Notes under the pieces: model-generated | Seen by the model: only the letters and a program-made list of their open reading frames with translations | Databases searched by the model: none | Told to the model about the DNA's origin: nothing | Position numbers and translations under genes: made by a program | NCBI GenBank assembly: GCA_963815285.1 | Contig: CAWFGB010000005.1 | Location: 295,919-359,918, forward strand | Source: an uncultured Acidobacteriota bacterium | Lineage (GTDB): Bacteria; Acidobacteriota; Vicinamibacteria; Vicinamibacterales; UBA2999 | Reading direction: 5' to 3' | Length of the DNA stretch: 64,000 nucleotides | In this document: in pieces, positions 58,318 to 64,000 of the stretch | Layout of the letters: every line of letters begins with the position of its first letter | Position numbering within the stretch: position 1 is the stretch's first letter

Positions 58318-59063
58318 GCACCAACTCTCTCGCAAAGAGCGTGCGCGTCAGTTGGACCGTGATCTCGATCTTTGCTGTCGAAAGTCTCGTCTTCGGTTTG
58401 TCCGGCCTCCCGGCGTTTCTCTTCTGGACGTGGGCGCTTTCGTGGGCCACGCCGCCCTGGCCGCTGGTGCGACCATTGGTGCTGGCGATTTCTCTGGTGC
58501 CGGCGTATCTCGTATTTGCCACGACCCTGGTAGTACTGTCGGCGGCGTCCACACGGATGTTTGGATGGCGCACGGCACCAGGTGGCTCATGGCGGCTCGT
58601 GGATCTGGAGTGGGGTCTGCTCGATTGGTCCCGCTACATGATCTCGACGCACGTCGTCCGCGTGCTCGTCGGGACGTTCTTTCGCAGTTCGCCGCTCTGG
58701 ACGTGGTACATGAAGTTGAACGGCGCGAAAATTGGAAGTGGCGTCTACATCAACAGCCTGTCGATTTCGGATCACAACCTGCTCGAGATGGGCGACGGCG
58801 TGGTGATCGGCGAAAGCGTGCATTTGTCGGGGCACACCGTCGAAGGCGGTGTGGTGAAAACCGGATATGTCCGGCTCGGGCGGGGGGTCACCGTCGGGCT
58901 CGGCAGCATGATTGGCATCGGGGTCGACGCTGGGGACCGATGCCAGATTGGCGCGCTGAGCGTTGTACCCAAGAACACGAAACTTGACGCGGGCGCCATT
59001 TACGCCGGGGTCCCCGCGCGCCGCCTCGAGAGGCCGTCACCGAGCCCCGTCGAAATAGGCTGA
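58314..59063 (+). CDS. Membrane protein with C-terminal left-handed beta-helix (hexapeptide-repeat) domain.
   Basis: TTG start overlapping the upstream stop. 3-4 TM helices. Hexapeptide-like turns follow (IGSGVYINS, MGDGVVIGESVHLSG, LGRGVTVGLGSMIGIGV, AGDRCQIGALSVV). Confidence 0.7.
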   Translation: MSTNSLAKSVRVSWTVISIFAVESLVFGLSGLPAFLFWTWALSWATPPWPLVRPLVLAISLVPAYLVFATTLVVLSAASTRMFGWRTAPGGSWRLVDLEWGLLDWSRYMISTHVVRVLVGTFFRSSPLWTWYMKLNGAKIGSGVYINSLSISDHNLLEMGDGVVIGESVHLSGHTVEGGVVKTGYVRLGRGVTVGLGSMIGIGVDAGDRCQIGALSVVPKNTKLDAGAIYAGVPARRLERPSPSPVEIG

Positions 59064-59072
59064 CCGACGCGC

Positions 59073-59765
59073 GTGAGCGAACTGCTATCGATCGTTGTCC
59101 CCGTCTTCAATGAGGAAGCGACCGTTGGCGCCGTCATCAACCGACTGCTGGCCATCGACTTGCCGGTGGCACGGGAGATTCTCGTGGTCAATGACGGATC
59201 GACGGACGGTACACGCCGGGTGCTCGACGCCCTGCCGCCAGCGGGCGACACCTTGCGAATGGTGCACGCGCCGACGAACGGCGGCAAGGGGAGCGCCATT
59301 CGCACGGGCTTTGAGCAGGCCCGCGGGACGATTGTCGCGATCCAGGATGCCGATCTCGAGCTCGACCCGGCGGAGCTGGGTAAACTCGTCGCGCCGATAC
59401 TCGCGGGCGAATCACAGGCGGTCTATGGCTCCCGCTTCATGGGCGGCAGCCAGGGCGCGCCGCTCAAGACGTTCGTCGCCAACCGCTTTCTGACCGGGCT
59501 CACCAACGTCTTGTACGGCTCCAACCTGACCGACATGGAGACCTGCTACAAGATCATGCGGACCGACGTGGCGCGCGGGCTACAGCTCGAGTGCAACCGT
59601 TTTGACATCGAGCCGGAGATCACGGCCAAGCTCCTCCGGGCGGGTCATCGTATCGTCGAGCGTCCGGTCAGATTCGAACCTCGAAGCCGCGCGCAAGGCA
59701 AGAAGATCGGCTGGGGTGACGGGCTGCAGGCGATCTTGGTGCTGTTGCGGTACCGCCGCTCGTGA
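59073..59765 (+). CDS. GT2 family glycosyltransferase (polyprenyl-phosphate sugar synthase type).
   Basis: LSIVVPVFNEE..., VVNDGSTDGT, IQDADLE, YGSRF. Size and motifs resemble DPM1/ArnC/GtrB-like enzymes. Confidence 0.88.
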   Translation: MSELLSIVVPVFNEEATVGAVINRLLAIDLPVAREILVVNDGSTDGTRRVLDALPPAGDTLRMVHAPTNGGKGSAIRTGFEQARGTIVAIQDADLELDPAELGKLVAPILAGESQAVYGSRFMGGSQGAPLKTFVANRFLTGLTNVLYGSNLTDMETCYKIMRTDVARGLQLECNRFDIEPEITAKLLRAGHRIVERPVRFEPRSRAQGKKIGWGDGLQAILVLLRYRRS

Positions 59766-61246
59766 ACGCCGCACGACTGACGGTTCTGGCGCTTGCCGTC
59801 ACCGTGGCGGTGGTCGGCACATGGCGCGGAACGTGGGCCGTGGGCGGGTCAGACTCGTCGTGCTACGCGCTCATGACCGCGGCGTTCGCCCGCGGGCACA
59901 TGCAGCCGACGACAAGCTTGGCGGATGCGCCCTGGCCCGAGGCCTCACGCACCTTCGCGCCTGGCGGATTTGTCCCCTCGCCGACTCGAGCCGACTCCGC
60001 GTCCCCCATCTGCGCGCCAGGTTTCTCTCTGCTTCTCGCACCCTTGTACGTCGTCGGGGGCCGCGATGCGATCTTTCTCCTCACGCCGATGGCCGGGGCC
60101 CTGCTCGTCTGGCTGACCTTCGTGTTCGGCTCTCGGCTGGCCGGTCCTAGCGCAGGGGCCGCGGCTGCGACCGTGATCGCAGCCACGCCGGTGTTTGTCT
60201 TTCAGGTCGTGCAGCCGATGAACGACGTGGCGGTCGCGACCGTGTGGATGGCTGTGTTGGTGCTGGCGGCAGGCCCGCAGGAGCATAGCGGTTGGATCGG
60301 CGGGCTTACTGGGCTCGCAATTCTCATCAGGCCCAATCTCGCGCCTGCCGCGCTGATTGTCGCGGCGTGGTGTCTGACCGGAGGACTCCGCCGCTTCCTG
60401 GTGTTCGGAGCCGCTGCCGCGCCTTTCGCGATTGCCGTGGTCACTTTCAACACGGTGTTATACGGGCACCCGCTCAAGTCTGGCTACGGTTCCACGAGCG
60501 ATCTGTTTTCCTCCGCCCACGTCCTGCCGAACATCGCGAACTACGGGAAGGCATTGCTCGAAACCCAACTTGGATTTCCTCTTCTCGGTTTGTTCGCCAT
60601 ATTCGTTGTTCCGCGCCAGCGTCGGCCGCTCGTGTGGTTGGGGCTGGCGCTGACCGGATCGATGGTCGTGGTCTATTTGTTCTACAAGCCGTTCCCCGAG
60701 TGGTGGTATCTCCGATTTCTGCTGCCGGTGCTACCGGTGATGACCGTGCTGGCGATCACGGTCGTTGCGCTCGGCACGCGTCGCCGTGCCGTCGTCTGGG
60801 CGCTTGTGGCGGGGGTCGTGGTCTTCGCCATGACGAGCGAGGCGATGGGGCAGGCGCTGAGCTTGCAGCGGCTCGAGCGCCGCTTCCGGACGGTGGGGGC
60901 GGTCGTGCGGGATCGCTTGCCGGAGAACGCCGTTTTTCTCACGGTGTGGGACAGCGGAAGCGTGCGATATCACGCCGAGCGGGAAGCCATTCTCTGGGAC
61001 GCGATGAATCCTGATTCCCTTGACGGCGCTGTGGCATGGCTCGTCGCTGGCGGATTCGAACCCTTCATCATCGTCGAGGAGTGGGAGGAGCCGCTGTTCC
61101 GCGAGCGGTTTGCCGGTACATCGAGGCTGGGCGATCTTGATTGGCCGCCGCGATATCAGATTCAACCGCGGCTACGGATATTTCAACCGCGGGACCGTGA
61201 CCGCTATCTGGCTGGTGACCACATCCCAACCGAATTTGTCCGATAA
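59762..61246 (+). CDS. Polytopic GT-C-like membrane protein (ArnT/PMT-like putative glycosyltransferase).
   Basis: 494 aa with about 10 TM segments followed by a soluble C-terminal domain. 4-nt overlap with the GT2 gene. The family call is by architecture only. Confidence 0.7.
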   Translation: MNAARLTVLALAVTVAVVGTWRGTWAVGGSDSSCYALMTAAFARGHMQPTTSLADAPWPEASRTFAPGGFVPSPTRADSASPICAPGFSLLLAPLYVVGGRDAIFLLTPMAGALLVWLTFVFGSRLAGPSAGAAAATVIAATPVFVFQVVQPMNDVAVATVWMAVLVLAAGPQEHSGWIGGLTGLAILIRPNLAPAALIVAAWCLTGGLRRFLVFGAAAAPFAIAVVTFNTVLYGHPLKSGYGSTSDLFSSAHVLPNIANYGKALLETQLGFPLLGLFAIFVVPRQRRPLVWLGLALTGSMVVVYLFYKPFPEWWYLRFLLPVLPVMTVLAITVVALGTRRRAVVWALVAGVVVFAMTSEAMGQALSLQRLERRFRTVGAVVRDRLPENAVFLTVWDSGSVRYHAEREAILWDAMNPDSLDGAVAWLVAGGFEPFIIVEEWEEPLFRERFAGTSRLGDLDWPPRYQIQPRLRIFQPRDRDRYLAGDHIPTEFVR

Positions 61247-61287
61247 CGCGGGGTGCGGCCAGTGTGACGGGGCGCGGCCGAAAGACA

Positions 61288-62103
61288 CTAGTCGAGGACG
61301 ACGGCGACGGGCAGATCTCGTTCCTTAGCCCACTCTTCCCACTCACTCGCCGTGCGGGTGCGAAAGATATCGGTCAGGTCAGCCCCGGCGGGCAGCTCGA
61401 GTGCTTCGTAGAGCCGCGCGTGAAAGTGCCGCTCGATTGCCGCGATCGCGATTCTACCGACGCGCGCGTCGTACAGACCATAGGCGGGGACCGCGCCACC
61501 GAGTGTGTTGCCCGGGCCCGTCAGGCCATGGCTCCGGGCGGCGACGAGCGACGCCAGCGTGTCGTACAGGCCCACCTGTGCCCTCGACCCAGGAGGCTGG
61601 CGCAGCAGCAGCAACGCGGTGGCGAACGCGTGTTCGCCGGCGAGGACATCGGCAAACAGGCTCCGCGGTATCTCACGACCAAGTAGGCCGGCCTTGGCCA
61701 GATAGGTCAAGTCGTGGCCCGGCACTTCCGGTGCCTCCAGCTCACCGACGATGTTCAGCCAGCGCAAATGATTGAGCCGCGAGCTGGGCGAAAGCAGGGA
61801 GTCGGCATCGAGGCCAAGACGTCCGAGAGCGGATGGGCGCTGACTGGCGAGAAACAGATCGGCCGCTGCGAGCAGGTCGCGCATCTGGGAACCGCCGCTG
61901 GCGCTCTTGAGATTGATGCGTTCAACCGTGATGCCTTCGTGCAGCTCGTGATACCAGCCGGCGCAGTAGCTCTCGAGGGGATCGCCGCTGGGCGGTTCGA
62001 CCTTGGTCACTGCGGCACCGGCCGCGCGAAGTCTGGCAGCCGCCACCGGTCCAGGAGCGTTGAGGGCCATCGTGACCACGCGGATGTCGTGAAGCGGGAG
62101 CAT
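61288..62103 (-). CDS. CoA-transferase family III (CaiB/BaiF-like) protein, short form.
   Basis: Start trimmed to MLPLHDIRVVTMALNAPGPVAAARLRAAGAAVTKVEPPSGDP, the typical family III N-terminus. At 271 aa it is shorter than the usual length of about 400 aa. Confidence 0.65.
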   Translation of the reverse strand: MLPLHDIRVVTMALNAPGPVAAARLRAAGAAVTKVEPPSGDPLESYCAGWYHELHEGITVERINLKSASGGSQMRDLLAAADLFLASQRPSALGRLGLDADSLLSPSSRLNHLRWLNIVGELEAPEVPGHDLTYLAKAGLLGREIPRSLFADVLAGEHAFATALLLLRQPPGSRAQVGLYDTLASLVAARSHGLTGPGNTLGGAVPAYGLYDARVGRIAIAAIERHFHARLYEALELPAGADLTDIFRTRTASEWEEWAKERDLPVAVVLD

Positions 62104-62207
62104 GAATTTACGATACGGCACGTTGGGATGGTAGGGCGGCTGGAGCGGGTAAGGCAGGCAAGGCGGGCGGGGCAGCGAGCCAGGTAGGGCCGGTGGGGCG
62201 AGTAGAG

Positions 62208-62233
62208 AAAAAAGGCGGGACCGAAATCCCGCC
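62208..62233 (-). terminator. Rho-independent terminator of the radical SAM gene.
   Basis: The minus strand reads GGCGGGA-tttcgg-TCCCGCC followed by TTTTTT. Confidence 0.8.
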
Positions 62234-62246
62234 ATTCTCTAGCGTT

Positions 62247-62302
62247 GTGGCCTGTGGCCTGTGGCCTGTGGCCTGTGGCCTGGCGCCTGACGCCTGGAGC
62301 CT
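62247..62302. repeat. Eight tandem 7-nt units (GTGGCCT x5, then GGCGCCT, GACGCCT, GGAGCCT), 1 nt from the radical SAM stop codon.
   Basis: Read directly. The array lies between the stop codon (62304..62306) and the terminator hairpin. Confidence 0.9.
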
Positions 62303-62303
62303 G

Positions 62304-64000
62304 CTAAACCTCAGGCTTGTGCAACACGTCCTGCACAGGGGAGACCTTCTTCTTGCCGCCCAGCCCCTGAATCTGAATCACGGGAGCGCCGGGCTCCTCT
62401 TTGAGCACATGCTGCCGATAGAGCTTCTCCATCTCCGCGTGATGGCGCTTTTCCTCAGGCGTCATCTCCTTGACCGCCTGACGTGCCTTGATCTTCTCTT
62501 CGCGCGCGTTTTTGGCGATGCCGAGCACATCGAGGTCGGTCTGCGCGCCGGCGGCCACCGCTTCAGCATTGAGCTTCAGCGAGTGCTCGCTGGTCGTGAG
62601 TGGCACGCTCTTGTTGCCAGCGAAGATCTCATGTCGGCCATGATCCTCGTACCACTTGGTGAGCGTGGCCGTCATGTGCATCTTCTCGATGATGTTCCGC
62701 CAGCCGATCCCGGTGTTGTAGGCGCAGAAGGAGATCTCGCCCTGCTGCGTCGCATACGGGATGATGCACATCTCGGTGCGTCGGAAGTCGTAGTTGAACA
62801 GATCCTGGAACCACATTCCCGCGATGAACAGGAAGTTCCAGCGGTCGGCGCGCCGCCTTTCGATGTCGCTGACGGTGCGCTCGCCGCCGACCTTGCCGTA
62901 CTTGCCTTGCTGGGCGCCCTTGGTGGCCCCGAACGTCTTGTCGAACTTCTTCATCAAATCCGACAGCCGGAAATGGGTGGGCGACTGGAACGAGTCGTAG
63001 TTGCGCATGAGCGCCAACGACATCCCGACAATCGACAGGAAGCGCCCGCGCGCCGCGTCGTTCACCTCGGCTACGTCCTTGGCCAGCTGCTCGGCCTTCA
63101 GAAACGCCGTGACCGGCACCGCTTCCTTCGTTTCCTTGTCGACCATGATCGCCATGCCGATGCCGCAATTCGGGTGGCACCCGCACGTCACGTTGCCCCA
63201 TTCCTGCTCGGGGCCCTTGACGGTGTCGGCCCAGTCGGTGAACGTGCCCATGAACGAAATCGGGAACCAGTCGCGAATCGGCTCACCGAGACCGGTTTGG
63301 TTCTTGACGTCATGTGCCAGGTGGCTGAGCGTGTAACGCTGCGCGGCGCGCCGCTCCGGCGTCACTTCCTCGTCGCGTCCGGTGAACGACACCGGCTGGA
63401 ACGACAGGAAGTTGATCTTCTTCGGGTTGTCGAGCGCGAACTCGACCACGCGGCCGACCTGCTCGTTGTTGACGCCGTTGACGATGGTGATGACTGGGAC
63501 GATGTCCACGCCCGCGGCATGGAGGTTTTCGATCGCTCGCAGCTTCACGTCGAACAGGTTGCCTACGCGCCGGTGCGAGTTGGCGGCGTTGCCGATGCCG
63601 TCGAACTGCAGATACGCGTAGCGGAGCCCGGCCTCGGCCGCCGCCTTGGCGAAGTCAGGACTCTTGGCGAACTCGATGCCGTTGGTCGCTGCCTGCACTG
63701 AGTTATAGCCGACCTTCCGTGCATAACGGACCGCATCGAGGAAGTACGGCGACAGCGTCGGCTCGCCACCGGAGAACTGCACCGACATCTGGCGGCGCGG
63801 CTTGATGGTGATGGCGTTGTCGAGCACCGTCTTGATGTCTTCCCAGGTGAGCTCGTGCACGAAACCGACTTGGTTGGCGTCCATGAAGCATGGGTCGCAC
63901 ATCATGTTGCAGCGATTGGTGAGGTCCACCGTCAACACGGCCCCGCGTCCGTACCTGGACCGTACTGCTGCCGTGGTTGTGCAGCTTCTCGTCGTTGTGG
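62304..64000 (-). CDS. Radical SAM protein of the COG1964 / tetraether-lipid-synthase (Tes, GDGT-MAS)-like type. The N-terminus lies outside the window.
   Basis: VLTVDLTNRCNMMCDPCF is the CxxxCxxC motif. Also GGEPTL, ATNGI, LQFDG, FLSFQPVSFTGRD, a second Cys cluster TCGCHPNCG, and MCIIPY....GEISFCAYN. The reading frame stays open from the GTG at 63938 to the window edge. Long charged C-terminal tail. Confidence 0.85.
   Translation of the reverse strand, partial: TTTRSCTTTAAVRSRYGRGAVLTVDLTNRCNMMCDPCFMDANQVGFVHELTWEDIKTVLDNAITIKPRRQMSVQFSGGEPTLSPYFLDAVRYARKVGYNSVQAATNGIEFAKSPDFAKAAAEAGLRYAYLQFDGIGNAANSHRRVGNLFDVKLRAIENLHAAGVDIVPVITIVNGVNNEQVGRVVEFALDNPKKINFLSFQPVSFTGRDEEVTPERRAAQRYTLSHLAHDVKNQTGLGEPIRDWFPISFMGTFTDWADTVKGPEQEWGNVTCGCHPNCGIGMAIMVDKETKEAVPVTAFLKAEQLAKDVAEVNDAARGRFLSIVGMSLALMRNYDSFQSPTHFRLSDLMKKFDKTFGATKGAQQGKYGKVGGERTVSDIERRRADRWNFLFIAGMWFQDLFNYDFRRTEMCIIPYATQQGEISFCAYNTGIGWRNIIEKMHMTATLTKWYEDHGRHEIFAGNKSVPLTTSEHSLKLNAEAVAAGAQTDLDVLGIAKNAREEKIKARQAVKEMTPEEKRHHAEMEKLYRQHVLKEEPGAPVIQIQGLGGKKKVSPVQDVLHKPEV

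Noticed and set aside
10871-62302. The tandem word arrays as CRISPR arrays.
   Set aside because: The units are contiguous with no unique spacers, are only 7-23 nt long and are degenerate. No cas genes are present.
62193-63701. A 502-aa plus-strand ORF.
   Set aside because: It is antisense to the radical SAM gene, has low-complexity Leu/Arg/Val composition and no recognisable domain. It also starts inside the terminator and array region.

Overview
GC-rich bacterial chromosomal segment with about 60 protein genes, most of them housekeeping. The gene content points to an Acidobacteriota-like organism: an Oar-type CarboxypepD_reg/TonB receptor, an ECF/anti-sigma/DUF4097 module, many secreted hypotheticals and a Tes-like radical SAM. 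That assignment is inference only. No rRNA, tRNA, CRISPR array or intact mobile element was seen. Recognisable blocks, left to right:
- udk, pheA, sppA and a ppiD-like gene.
- A GAF-GGDEF gene abutting the cell-shape cluster mreB-mreC-mreD-mrdA-rodA-rng.
- A five-gene ECF sigma operon.
- A minus-strand run of secreted or envelope enzymes: S8 peptidase, OM beta-barrel, ATL-like MGMT protein, alkaline-phosphatase-family enzyme and lipoprotein amidohydrolase.
- A translationally coupled HEAT-repeat/HD-GYP pair.
- A nucleoside salvage operon (deoA-nupC-PNP-cdd).
- mtnA, tsaD, yjbQ, a NUDIX gene and an HD gene.
- A duplicated ABC ATPase/permease set.
- A PilZ gene and a pseudo-receiver gene.
- An aldehyde dehydrogenase and a 999-aa TonB-dependent receptor.
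- A thiolase/IPMDH-like/thiolase/hbd cluster, then folE.
- An LbH/GT2/GT-C envelope glycosylation cluster.
- At the right edge, a COG1964/Tes-like radical SAM gene that runs out of the window.
The least ordinary signal is non-coding. At least ten loci carry degenerate tandem arrays of short words (7, 9, 10, 13 or 23 nt). Several sit directly at or inside stop codons, and several have inverted partner arrays. Two of them form foldback-like structures: 17291-18170, which encloses a decayed IS630-like transposase fragment, and 35851-36188. One array is translated in frame as a His/Glu tail of the NUDIX protein. Other points worth a second look:
- The Tes-like radical SAM, a candidate membrane-spanning lipid synthase.
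- A terminator-like leader in front of the TonB receptor.
- A bacterial endostatin-like secreted protein.
- An ATL protein with PYHRV in place of PCHRV.
- Two genes with single-base frameshifts.
All functional calls come from reading the translations by eye. No database search was run.
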